From positions 20,873 through 84,872 of the forward strand of contig JBIIKO010000008.1 of NCBI GenBank assembly GCA_044233125.1: a stretch of DNA of 64,000 nt, read 5' to 3'. The notes under the pieces were generated by a model. The model did not search any database. It saw only the letters and a list, made by a program, of their open reading frames with translations, and was not told the origin of the DNA. The stretch's first letter is position 1. Each line of letters starts with the position of its first letter. Below are positions 56,701-64,000 of this stretch, piece after piece. A program made the position numbers and the translations under genes. This stretch comes from Luteolibacter sp. (GTDB lineage: Bacteria; Verrucomicrobiota; Verrucomicrobiia; Verrucomicrobiales; Akkermansiaceae).

Positions 56701-58138
56701 AGAAGGCAAAGTCCGCGCTGTTGTTGCTAAAAGCGAGAGTGGCGCCTGCGTTTACGGTGAGGGTGCTTGTCGTGGCAAGCGTGCCTGGCGCACCGCCATT
56801 GCCAAGCTGCAGGGTGCCGGCGTTGATGGTGGTGGCACCGCTATAGGTATTGGTACCTGTGAGGATCAACTTGCCATTGCCGCTTTTGGTCAAACGGGAG
56901 GCGCTGGTGTTGTTTACGATGGCCGAGGAAACCGTGAGGATATCAGAGTCGCCATTCACGCGAACCACCAACTCGCCGCCGGCGGTTCCCGCCCGCAACT
57001 GCGGAGTGGTTCCCCCGCCAAGGGTGGCGGTGGTACTGCCGCTGCTCAACAAACCGTTGGTCGACAGAATCTGGGAGGTGCCGCTCATCGCGATGTTGTA
57101 GTTCCGCATATTGATGGTGTTGGCGGAAATGGTCGTCTGGGCAGTGATGTTGCCGGTCGTCAGATCGACGTTGCTGGTTGCCGTACTGGCCCCAATAGTC
57201 GTCCCGGTTGGTGCAGCGAGGTAATTGGTATCGCCCGAACCATAGGCGCGAATGAAACCGCCCGCATCGTAAGTGGCATAGCTGGAGCCATTATAGAAAA
57301 TACCGCGGTCAATCAGGGCACCCGCGGTGGGGGCGGTAGTGAAAACAAAGCCGTTGGTCGCACTATTGGTGCCGCCGGCATTCACGAAGTTACCGGTCGC
57401 CCCAGCGCTACGCGCAGCCAAGGAAGCAAAGGTGATAGCTTGATCAAAGTCAGCGGAGCGGGTGATTTGCACCGTGCCTTGTCCGGCACTGAAGGTAAGC
57501 GCACCGAGCGACTGGGTGAGCGCTCCACTGGCACCGACATTGTCCATATTGAAGGTGCCGGTACCACTGAAAGTGAGAGGCGTCGTGCTGGCTAGAGAGC
57601 CCGTGGCCCGGTTGAGGGTGAGTGTGCCGCCGCTGATGATGGTGGTGCCGGTATAGGAGTTCGCGCCGGAGAGAATCAAGACGCCTGAGCCCGCCTTGGT
57701 GAAGCTAGTGCCCGCGCCGGTAAGAGAAGAACTGATAGTGTTGGTCGCGTTGTTGACCGTAGTGGTCTGGGCAGCCGCAAGATTGATGGTGCCTCCTGAC
57801 AAAACGATGGCACCCGAACCGGATCCGAAAGTAATATTACCAGCATCGACGGTGCCACTGACTGTAATCGTACCGCTAAGGAGACCCGCTGTAGAGGTAC
57901 CGAAATTAATAATGTCAGATGTGGTAGTGGTCGTCCCGACGATACTTCCAGTTCCAGCGACATCTCCCCATAACGAGTTGCCTAATCCATCCCAAGTTCC
58001 ACCAGCCGCGCCAAAACCAGAGGTCATAACGTTATTATCCCAATAGTAAGTCGCCGCAAAGCTCTGGGAGAAAATCGAAAGCAGCACGCTAACTGTTAGA
58101 GCGAAAATTGCTTTGAATTTCATAAAATGGATTTTCAT
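50054..58138 (-). CDS. Giant autotransporter-associated beta-strand (passenger) repeat protein with PEP-CTERM anchor
   Basis: Signal peptide ...SQSFAATYYWD; about 14-15 LTKxGxGTLxLxGxNTYTGxT-type repeats; LSPGNSPG; C-terminal VIPEPKAALLGGIGLLLLLRRRR. No beta-barrel domain. Confidence 0.93.
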   Translation of the reverse strand: MKIHFMKFKAIFALTVSVLLSIFSQSFAATYYWDNNVMTSGFGAAGGTWDGLGNSLWGDVAGTGSIVGTTTTTSDIINFGTSTAGLLSGTITVSGTVDAGNITFGSGSGAIVLSGGTINLAAAQTTTVNNATNTISSSLTGAGTSFTKAGSGVLILSGANSYTGTTIISGGTLTLNRATGSLASTTPLTFSGTGTFNMDNVGASGALTQSLGALTFSAGQGTVQITRSADFDQAITFASLAARSAGATGNFVNAGGTNSATNGFVFTTAPTAGALIDRGIFYNGSSYATYDAGGFIRAYGSGDTNYLAAPTGTTIGASTATSNVDLTTGNITAQTTISANTINMRNYNIAMSGTSQILSTNGLLSSGSTTATLGGGTTPQLRAGTAGGELVVRVNGDSDILTVSSAIVNNTSASRLTKSGNGKLILTGTNTYSGATTINAGTLQLGNGGAPGTLATTSTLTVNAGATLAFSNNSADFAFSQGTAFASAISGNGSVTMLGGNLTMTTGVNTYTGGFTLAGGKFFVGTNAAALGTGTFTISGGTFSSSSSGAAGQTLTTTNANIWSGNFSLDSRVTSGSMVWNNNGNVLLSGGSRTVTGATGPNLNLGGVVSDGGNNYGLTFTTMNSVTLSGANTYGGGTTMSAGTLNINNASALGTGKLTIGGAMTLNNSTANAITLSTNNLQDWNGDITFTGTRSLNMGTGAVTINGNRAVTVSANTLTVGGGIGQSGGARSLTKNGNGTLILTGTNTYTGGTTVNRGTLQVGDGTLAGTMTSTGALTLGGGTFAVRGPASGGSSQTVASLVTTAATDSIIRLTPGASGNTTLTITSNTPTTGAGSALNFDYSAGTTVGGTVGNNYVVWNPTLSGGIIGAGYTVRDSAGIGFATTSGGNVVRLTDSGSSGLPLSGGGATGSYFVGSGYSADSTTTPGSLVQALSGAVAASNVTVDTTGLASGANLALGTNLLNLGAGMAFNGANSYTITGSGAGGLRAAAAGATIFLNNGSTSTVTINAPIVNNTASALTVNGSGTTILGGANTYTGATILNGGTTRFSGSMGASAVTINNNAIVQIGAATGLNSGNSVTFGPSTTGSLQLLGNNVTIGALAGNALLGTPVVTNNNGGGPVSNATLTINTSTNVAFAGVLQDGTGGGTLSLVKSGSGTYTPTGVNTYTGTTSISGGQLNTTADSQLGNGGTLIFTGNMTWNMGTNVSLDYNRGVTVNGVVLTLNSGNAAKTVTGVLAGSGQIIGANSTGYYFTNTANTFTGIVNNGYQMRFASLGDSASAINLSGSNSEFQWSGGAKTFALRPFTLNLANSGAQGTYAGNLNNIGTGPITILQNLAFSGANGARTLRLNGVVGSGGNTFAGNITDYNGSSLVTIDKQGTSTWVLSGANSYTGGTTVTDGKLIMTTPSSLGNGALNIAANKTFVYSPTTAGALNIGSGVLTLGNGTTTRIGTALGGTASQSAITSSGAASLSGTGFVDIYGISGASPTAGVNNLITAASGLTGGTYSLGTVYNNSDFTVSGFTRAAGSISVTVTAATPITTAYWKGGLAGNTGVWAASTGLAAGQSNWQTVASAGSNQPLTPGAAADLIFSTATTPGTMVGMSLGANMTVKTLTVTNTATAFGLNNDGYKLTISPGSAADGITLNAGLAASPSIAANIELGASQTWTNNSGRTFTVSGIVSGANNLTTAGANIIALSGTNTYTGVTTVSQGRLQLLTTNSLYTGNTANWTAAKINVKSGATLGMNVDSAGIAGFTSASLSTLLDNISVANSSAEGLQAGAILGFDTSTATAGSFTQGNVIGDSTGANGGAIHVTKLGAGTLILDKTNTYSGATSITTGTLSLTGSLTGNTAISTSGTGVFTQSAAGVISGATASFVQGSSGTSILAGANSYGGGTTVSAGILNFGPNALGTSGDITLGGGTLQWAAANTQDIGARLRSSGANALKLDVNGNAVVFGAALTDASLTQGLTLTSTVANGSLTLTGVNTISGPTNLTSGKLILSGSGTTLAANPVIANAAILQLDDASLLTSTGYNLNTSSTTARVTSVNGAELGGTWNLQSGGLSVGGSSLSSSVLNIDGGVTVNNAGTINIGSSSSGNTANNILSLSNGAKLYGGATTVGFGSSTGTTISSGNQFNVGAAVGAASYALIESLTVGGAGSSRGEGNSNQVTVRNATLEMSGGLIIGANSNGVASNRTDNNNVTVLGGGIINLAANSITIGSGQAARVNGNSLVINGGAVSAGNLTLGASNTGSVQVTNNGLLTAAAISFGSTNGAFTVSGGGSVSANSLAATAATTATFDNGTLVARVDNASFWANSASMTTDIQAGGLTVDSNGRAITIAQKLSGTGVAGLTKKGLGTLTLTGANDYSGLTTISGGTLAYGASNVIATGGVTVNGATAVLALGSAFTDSVGTVILDGGGSITGTGTSALTSTGTFEMMSGSASARLDGVGIALNKTTAGTVTLSNTNTYTGATNVDAGTLNVSSTGNINSTAAINVAAGATVRYNSSTALTVAPSLAGNGASNRAVLGGAGTIGVAVTLDNVGDVLSPGNSPGIQTYTTAQTWSSFTYDWEVNDFTGLTAGTAFDQLNLTTLDLTGGTGSYVLNVLGLTADNASGLVPNFSEISRSWTILTTSGGISNFDAANWAINTTGFTDPHTGNWSLAQTGNDLVLSYTVIPEPKAALLGGIGLLLLLRRRR

Positions 58139-58279
58139 GGGCTGGATTCTGTTAGAATGTTAGATTAATTTGGGACGCTCTAAACATCTATTTGTTTTAT
58201 ATTTTTACACTCCCCAGCCTTATGCTGAAAGAAAAAAATACAAGCCTACTTGGCTCTTTTTGGGACAGGTTTTGGAATG

Positions 58280-58381
58280 GGACCTAAAGAGGACCGCGTG
58301 AGTCCACTCGCGCTTTGGTAAACTGCGCGACCAATGGGTATGAAGTAGCGCGAGTGGACTCACGCGGTCCTCTTTAGGTCC
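58280..58381. repeat. Perfect 35 bp inverted repeat (58280-58314 / 58347-58381), 32 nt loop
   Basis: GGACCTAAAGAGGACCGCGTGAGTCCACTCGCGCT and its reverse complement; same family as 49937-50016. Confidence 0.93.
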
Positions 58382-59055
58382 ATTTTTCGTTCCTTTGAGA
58401 TTCACTCTTACCTACGGCGGCGCAGCAGAAGCAGGAGTCCAATACCACCCAGCAGCGCGGCTTTCGGCTCAGGGATGACGGTGTAGCTCAGCACGAGATC
58501 GTTGCCGGTTTGGGCGAGCGACCAGTTTCCTGTGTGCGGATCCGTGAAGCCTGTGGTGTTGATGGCCCAGTTTGCCGCATCGAAGTTGCTGATGCCACCG
58601 CTTGTTGTGAGGATGGTCCATGAGCGGCTGATTTCGCTGAAGTTAGGGACCAAACCACTGGCGTTGTCTGCGGTCAATCCAAGCACGTTGAGGACGTAGG
58701 ATCCTGTGCCGCCAGTGAGATCTAGGGTGGTGAGGTTGAGTTGGTCAAAGGCGGTTCCGGCGGTGAGGCCGGTGAAGTCGTTGACCTCCCAGTCGTAAGT
58801 GAATGACGACCAGGTTTGTGCCGTGGTATAAGTCTGGATTCCTGGGCTATTGCCGGGAGAGAGCACATCGCCGACGTTGTCGAGGGTAACGGCAACCCCA
58901 ATGGTGCCCGCACCACCAAGGACGGCGCGGTTGGAGGCACCATTACCTGCGAGAGATGGAGCAACAGTCAGCGCGGTAGAGCTGTTGTAGCGCACGGTAG
59001 CACCCGCTGCTACATTGATGGCGGCGGTGCTGTTGATGTTGCCCGTGCTGCTCAC
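58326..59055. repeat. 730 bp direct duplication, copy B
   Basis: Matches 49972-50701. Confidence 0.93.
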
Positions 59056-62000
59056 ATTAAGAATACCAGCATTGATATGTGTCGCTCCGGTGTAGGTGTT
59101 GGCAGCTGATGACGTGAGTATTCCAGCGCCATCCTTGATGAGATTGCCCGCACCGCTGATGGCGGTGGTGCTATGGGTAATATTTCCAGCACCGCCGAAG
59201 GTGACATCCGCGAACTGCGCAGTGGTGATGCCGCGGACGGTGAGGGCGTTGCCGGTATCCGCGTTACTAATGCGGGCACCGCCGTTACCGATGGTGATCG
59301 CACCTTGATAGGTGTTGGCTCCGGAGAGGTTCTTGAGCGCGCCTCCGCTGGCAATGCCCTCGCCGGTGATGGTGAGCGCATCATCAACAAAGGTTAAACC
59401 ACCGGAGAGTTCCAGCGCGGCTCCGTTCTGGACGAAGATACCGCCGGCATTGGTTCCCGTTGCGTTGGCAGTGGTGAGACGCAACGCACCCTGATAGACG
59501 CGGGTCGCTGCCGTGAAGCCGGTATTGTCTTTTTTCATCACCAAGGTGCCCTCACCCGCCTTATTGAGGGTGGAGCCGGAATTGCTCAGTATCACGTCAA
59601 GATTCAGCGTTCCAGAATAAACGTTAATGAGGAGCGCCTGCCCGTTTCCGTTTTCAGGAGTCAGACGAGCAGCCGACGTGCCAGTGATGGTGTAGTTTCC
59701 ATTGGCTCCGCCGGCATAGAGGAGTCCCCCCGATGTGCCAGCTAACGCATTGGTGCCGGTGAAATTGGACACTGTCAGGGTGTTGCCGCCAAGATTGAGC
59801 ACTTGGTCATCCAAAGTGCTGATAATGCGAAGGGTATTCGTCGCGATGCCACCGGAAAGACTGGCTCCATTTGTCAGGTTAAAGTTAGTATCTCCGGTTG
59901 AGCTAGTCGCGCTGGCGAAGGCTGTGGCACCGGTATAGGCGACGACGTTACCATCCGCAGCACCCGTGCTATTTGCGGCCCAACTGTTTCCAACAGTGAA
60001 CCAAGCACCCATTATGCCGTTCACATTGAGTCTATCCGTCGTGGCGATGTTATTCTCGGAAAAGGAGAGCACGGATTGGGTGCCTGTAACCGTTATTGCA
60101 TTTAGGTTGATTTTCGTCGATGAGCTCGACTCACGACTGATGAAGGTTCCCCAGTTGTTGGCGCTCAGGCTAGCCGACAGAACGGTTTCGGCGTGTGTTC
60201 CACCTTTGAGGACAAGGCTACCTCCGTCCAAGACCAGGTTAGCTGTGTCGGAAAGCTTCGTGGTATCGTTGGTGGAATAGTCGAGCGTCAGCTTGCCTCC
60301 GCCGCCCAATGTGGTGGTGCCGGTAAAGGTATTGGTGCCTTGGAGGGTGAGTGTGCCAAGGCCCGTTTTGACGAGCTGACCGGTGGTTGAACTTCCGATG
60401 GCCGAAGCGAAGGTTACGTCCTTGTTGTAGGTATTGAACGTGGAGGCGGTTGCCGCCGTCATAGCCAAACGGCTTGAAATGTCCTGGGTGTTGCCCGGGA
60501 GCCAGAGGAGCGTGCCGCCGGAGGCATTGATCGCGCCGGCCGAGCCCAGTGCGCCGCTGACAAAGCCGAGGGTGCCTGCGCTGACGGCGGTGCCGCCGCT
60601 GTAGTTGTTGGAGGAATTGGTGACGTTCCAAATGCCGGCGCCGGTTTTGTTGAGTTTGATCGTGCCGCTACCATTGCCGATCTGGCCATTGAAAGCGTTG
60701 TTCCCCGTATTGGTTCCCGTCAATTCCAGTTCCCGACTTTGAGTCGACAACATTGAAAGAGTCGTATTGATGGTCCAAGTATTCGCGGCAGAGGCGCTAC
60801 TGCTGTCAACCTTGTTGTATCTGGGACCATTGCTACTTGGAGGCGCGAGGATTTCAATCACACGATTATCGAAGACCAAGGGTGCCGTGCCTACATATCT
60901 GGCGGTTGCCTGCTGATTCGAATCGCTGTTCGTGCCACCAAATTGAATTTTCGAACCGACCGTGTCGCTGAGGCTGGAAAATTGAACTGCCGGATGTGCG
61001 TTGGTGGTGCCGCCCGTGTTCACCCGGAGATTGCCCGTGAGAGCGCTGGCATTGTTGATATTGAGCGTCTGACTGCCCACGGAAGGGAAATAAATCAATG
61101 TTCCCGCACCTATCGCCGATGCAAATGTGAGTCCGCTTCCCCCGACGGTTGCCGTGAAACCACCGGTATCAATGATTCCACCGCTGTAGCCAGTGGCACT
61201 GGAGGTGACCGTGGCGGCCCCGGTGAAGGTGACGTTTTTGGAAGCCCCACCCCAGGAACCCGTGTTACTGAAGGTGAGATTGCCGTTGTTGATGATAATA
61301 TTGCCGGAGAAGGAGTTGGATGCGTTCGAGAGTGTTTGCGTTCCAGCGCCGGTCTTGGTGAGGGGCAGGTTGGTCGCGGCACCATTGGAGAGGATGCCAC
61401 TGTAGGTGGCAGTGACTCCTGTCGCTGTGTTCAAAGTCAGGGAATTGACGGTGGTGTTGTAGCCGGTTACGGACGCCAGATTCACGCTGCTGTTGAGGCC
61501 GCCAAGCTGCAGCGCTGTGCGATCCGTGAGATCCAGTTGGCTTGCAGCACTGAACGTGAGCGCACTGTTCTGCAAAGCCAGATTGTTATTTAGCTTGAGA
61601 GTGCCATTGCTAACGGTGGTGGCGCCGTTGAAGGTGTTGGCCTGGTCCAGCACGAGAATACCCGTGCCGAGCTTGGTGATGCCTAGGGAGGTGCCCACAT
61701 TGGCGATGACGCCGGAGTAGGTCATCGTACCCGCGGTGGCGTTGGTGGTATCGATGCCCAGCCCGACCGCGCCGGTCCAACTCACCGTTGAGCCCACTTG
61801 GCCACCCAGACCCGCGAGCAAGCCGCCGATGGAACCGTTGCCAGAGGTGGCGTTGGTCCATTCACCCGAGGCGGCTCCGGCATTCACGGCCAGCGTCGTT
61901 CCCGTGCCCACAGCAACTAAACCCGTGGCCGGCATGGCAGCGGTCTTGGTAAACTGCAAGGTGCCGCCTGTAAGGCTGGTCCCGCCAGTATAGCTGTTGC

Positions 62001-64000
62001 TGGTATTGCTTACAACCCACGTGCTGGCACCGGTTTTTGCCAGGCCGATCGCGTTCGGCGATGTCCCGTTGGAAATCAGGCCGTTGAACTGGTTATTGAA
62101 GCCGGTGCTGGTGCCGCCGAGGGTCAGGTTCTTGCCGCTCGTGGCATTGGCGGTGACGGACAAATCGGTATTGAAGATAAGCGCGCCAGATCCATTGGAA
62201 TTGATCGTGATGCCAGCGTTGAAAGTGGCTGCTCCACCGTCGATCTCAAGCTGGCGGGTGTTGAAAGTCGCACCAGTCGCCGCGGCGCCCGTGTAGTTGA
62301 CCGTCAAACCGACTCTATCGCCGCCCGAGTTCTGTGAGATCTTGCCGCCATCCCCCAGTGCACTGAAGTTGATGATATTAGCAGCAGTGTTAGTTCCTCG
62401 TTGAAATTTAATGATGCCAGTAAACGTAGATGAATTATTGAGATTAAATGTCCCTACTTGGTTGGCTTGGTTACTGCCACCGCCTGCCATAATCAATTCG
62501 CCACCGCCTGACACGCCGTTAGTGAAGGTATAGGTTGTTCCTGAGCTGCCGAGGCCGGCGGAGCCTAAACTAGCAACCGCTCCGGCGTCAACCTGGCCGC
62601 TTGTATAGGTGTGGTTAGTGCCCCCACTGCCGGCTACGGATGTTGAGCCGCCGCTGCCTTTAAAGATTAGCGCGTTGGTATTGTTACCAAACGTATTAGT
62701 TCCGATGGCCACATCCCATCGTAGGGAGCCGCCGTTGCTGATGGTGATGCCACCGGTAAAGCCTTGGGTAACGCCCGCAGTCACTTGGCCGCCATTGACA
62801 ACGAGGCCGCCGGTGAAGGTGTTGAGTCCGGAGAGCGTGAGCGTGCCGGTGCCAGCCTTGGTAAGGGTGGTGGCGTTGCCTCCGTTGTTGCCGATTACGG
62901 CGGAGATAGTCAGGCCGCCACTGTTGTATTGATGAACGACGAGGTCATAGGCTCCACTGCCATTTCCGGCGGTGAGGCGGGTGGCACCGGCGGTGCCGGT
63001 GATTGACACGGCATTGGTGCCGGTGACCAGCAAGCCGCCGCTGGTGAGGGTCAGAAGATTGCTCCCCAAGGCGAGTGCCTGGGTAGCGGCAGGGTTTTCG
63101 ATTTTCAAACTGTTGGTGACCCGGGCGCCGCCGAGGGTTTGACTAGCTGTAATGCGGGAGTTCAATGTGTCCGAGCCTACGGTCAGGTCCAGAGCCGAGT
63201 AACCGCTATAAGCCGAGAGCGTGTATGGCCCGGCACCACCCGTATTGGTTGCCCAGTCATAGCCGGTGTTGGCGGTGCCGCTGGCAAAGACAATGCGCCC
63301 GCCATAGATGCCGGTGGCATCCTTGTCAGTCGTGGTGGTGATAGCAACGGTGCCGGTGCCCGCAGAGAGCGCCTTGCCGACCGCCAGGCTGCCGCCTGCC
63401 GCCGTGGCGGTAAGGGAGCCGAGCGTGAGCGTGGTGGAGGTGCCGTTGTTCGGGTCGATCAAGAGCGAACCGCCGCCGGAGTTGACGGTAACGTTTCCAA
63501 AGCTCTGAGTGGTGGTGTTGCCACCGGTCTTGCCCTTGAGGGTGAGATTGCCGCCGCCGAAGTTGAGCGCCTGGCTGCTGACGAGATCCGTGGAGGCCGC
63601 GATGTTGGCATAGTCCAGCGCCAGCGTGCCGCCATTGACGTTGATGCCGCCGGTGAAGGTATTCGTGGCGGTGCCGTTTAGCGTGAGCGTGCCCGCGCCC
63701 AGCTTGGTCAGCCCCACCGAGCCGCCGATGACGGTATTGGTGTTGTTTCCAATGATAGCCGACGCGCCGCTGTTCACCGTGATGTTTCCACCCGCGCCGC
63801 CGAGGTTGATAACTCCGCCGGCTCCACTGATGGTGAACGTGCCCTCTTCAAAGGTCAGACTCTTGGCGTCCTGCGTGGTGGTAAGACCGATGGCGGAAGC
63901 CCCGGTGGCATTCATGCCTGCGGAGAAGATGAGGTCGTCTGTGGACAGAGTGGTGTAGGCGGAAGTCACAGCGTTCCCGGTAAAACTCGTGCTCCAAGTG
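58408..64000 (-). CDS. Second giant passenger-repeat/PEP-CTERM protein (5' end beyond the window)
   Basis: The frame stays open from 63969 to 64000 (TWSTSFTGNA). Many passenger repeats and the same PEP-CTERM tail. Confidence 0.92.
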   Translation of the reverse strand, partial: TWSTSFTGNAVTSAYTTLSTDDLIFSAGMNATGASAIGLTTTQDAKSLTFEEGTFTISGAGGVINLGGAGGNITVNSGASAIIGNNTNTVIGGSVGLTKLGAGTLTLNGTATNTFTGGINVNGGTLALDYANIAASTDLVSSQALNFGGGNLTLKGKTGGNTTTQSFGNVTVNSGGGSLLIDPNNGTSTTLTLGSLTATAAGGSLAVGKALSAGTGTVAITTTTDKDATGIYGGRIVFASGTANTGYDWATNTGGAGPYTLSAYSGYSALDLTVGSDTLNSRITASQTLGGARVTNSLKIENPAATQALALGSNLLTLTSGGLLVTGTNAVSITGTAGATRLTAGNGSGAYDLVVHQYNSGGLTISAVIGNNGGNATTLTKAGTGTLTLSGLNTFTGGLVVNGGQVTAGVTQGFTGGITISNGGSLRWDVAIGTNTFGNNTNALIFKGSGGSTSVAGSGGTNHTYTSGQVDAGAVASLGSAGLGSSGTTYTFTNGVSGGGELIMAGGGSNQANQVGTFNLNNSSTFTGIIKFQRGTNTAANIINFSALGDGGKISQNSGGDRVGLTVNYTGAAATGATFNTRQLEIDGGAATFNAGITINSNGSGALIFNTDLSVTANATSGKNLTLGGTSTGFNNQFNGLISNGTSPNAIGLAKTGASTWVVSNTSNSYTGGTSLTGGTLQFTKTAAMPATGLVAVGTGTTLAVNAGAASGEWTNATSGNGSIGGLLAGLGGQVGSTVSWTGAVGLGIDTTNATAGTMTYSGVIANVGTSLGITKLGTGILVLDQANTFNGATTVSNGTLKLNNNLALQNSALTFSAASQLDLTDRTALQLGGLNSSVNLASVTGYNTTVNSLTLNTATGVTATYSGILSNGAATNLPLTKTGAGTQTLSNASNSFSGNIIINNGNLTFSNTGSWGGASKNVTFTGAATVTSSATGYSGGIIDTGGFTATVGGSGLTFASAIGAGTLIYFPSVGSQTLNINNASALTGNLRVNTGGTTNAHPAVQFSSLSDTVGSKIQFGGTNSDSNQQATARYVGTAPLVFDNRVIEILAPPSSNGPRYNKVDSSSASAANTWTINTTLSMLSTQSRELELTGTNTGNNAFNGQIGNGSGTIKLNKTGAGIWNVTNSSNNYSGGTAVSAGTLGFVSGALGSAGAINASGGTLLWLPGNTQDISSRLAMTAATASTFNTYNKDVTFASAIGSSTTGQLVKTGLGTLTLQGTNTFTGTTTLGGGGKLTLDYSTNDTTKLSDTANLVLDGGSLVLKGGTHAETVLSASLSANNWGTFISRESSSSTKINLNAITVTGTQSVLSFSENNIATTDRLNVNGIMGAWFTVGNSWAANSTGAADGNVVAYTGATAFASATSSTGDTNFNLTNGASLSGGIATNTLRIISTLDDQVLNLGGNTLTVSNFTGTNALAGTSGGLLYAGGANGNYTITGTSAARLTPENGNGQALLINVYSGTLNLDVILSNSGSTLNKAGEGTLVMKKDNTGFTAATRVYQGALRLTTANATGTNAGGIFVQNGAALELSGGLTFVDDALTITGEGIASGGALKNLSGANTYQGAITIGNGGARISNADTGNALTVRGITTAQFADVTFGGAGNITHSTTAISGAGNLIKDGAGILTSSAANTYTGATHINAGILNVSSTGNINSTAAINVAAGATVRYNSSTALTVAPSLAGNGASNRAVLGGAGTIGVAVTLDNVGDVLSPGNSPGIQTYTTAQTWSSFTYDWEVNDFTGLTAGTAFDQLNLTTLDLTGGTGSYVLNVLGLTADNASGLVPNFSEISRSWTILTTSGGISNFDAANWAINTTGFTDPHTGNWSLAQTGNDLVLSYTVIPEPKAALLGGIGLLLLLRRRR

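Noticed and set aside
50054-64000. Classical type V autotransporters
   Set aside because: The C-termini are PEP-CTERM anchors, not beta-barrels.

Overview
Bacterial DNA, most consistent with a Verrucomicrobiota (Luteolibacter/Verrucomicrobiaceae-like) genome. This is inferred from the PEP-CTERM-anchored passenger-repeat giants, a GntR-LacI regulator and PVC-type REP repeats. There are three zones. (1) 1-16.5 kb, defence/TA island: a type III R-M operon with an ABC-ATPase + TOPRIM-like (DUF4276) pair between mod and res, then an Mrr-like nuclease. Beyond it, a stand-alone vWA gene and a WYL regulator face apart, separated by a ~4 kb REP-bounded stretch with hipBA, a DUF6088-like fragment and a Fic gene. 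(2) 18.7-49.7 kb, minus strand: 15 co-oriented, tightly coupled envelope genes. They encode a TPR giant, ExbB, ExbD, two PD40-propeller/alpha-alpha-toroid membrane proteins, two paralogous transglutaminase-like proteins, an SGNH esterase, MoxR, DUF58, BatA-vWA, vWA-GATase, a DUF4175-like protein, a free toroid and a thioredoxin-like/TPR protein. One of the propeller/toroid proteins has a TonB/TolA-type S-x-x-x-H helix, and one transglutaminase-like protein has a circularly permuted FGE domain. This is the best candidate for an uncharacterised trans-envelope system using both ATP and proton-motive force. (3) 50-64 kb: two tandem giant passenger-repeat/PEP-CTERM surface proteins sharing an apparently identical 730 bp 3' anchor cassette. 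I saw no tRNA, rRNA, integrase, transposase or CRISPR array. All domain calls come from motif recognition by eye, not from database searches.
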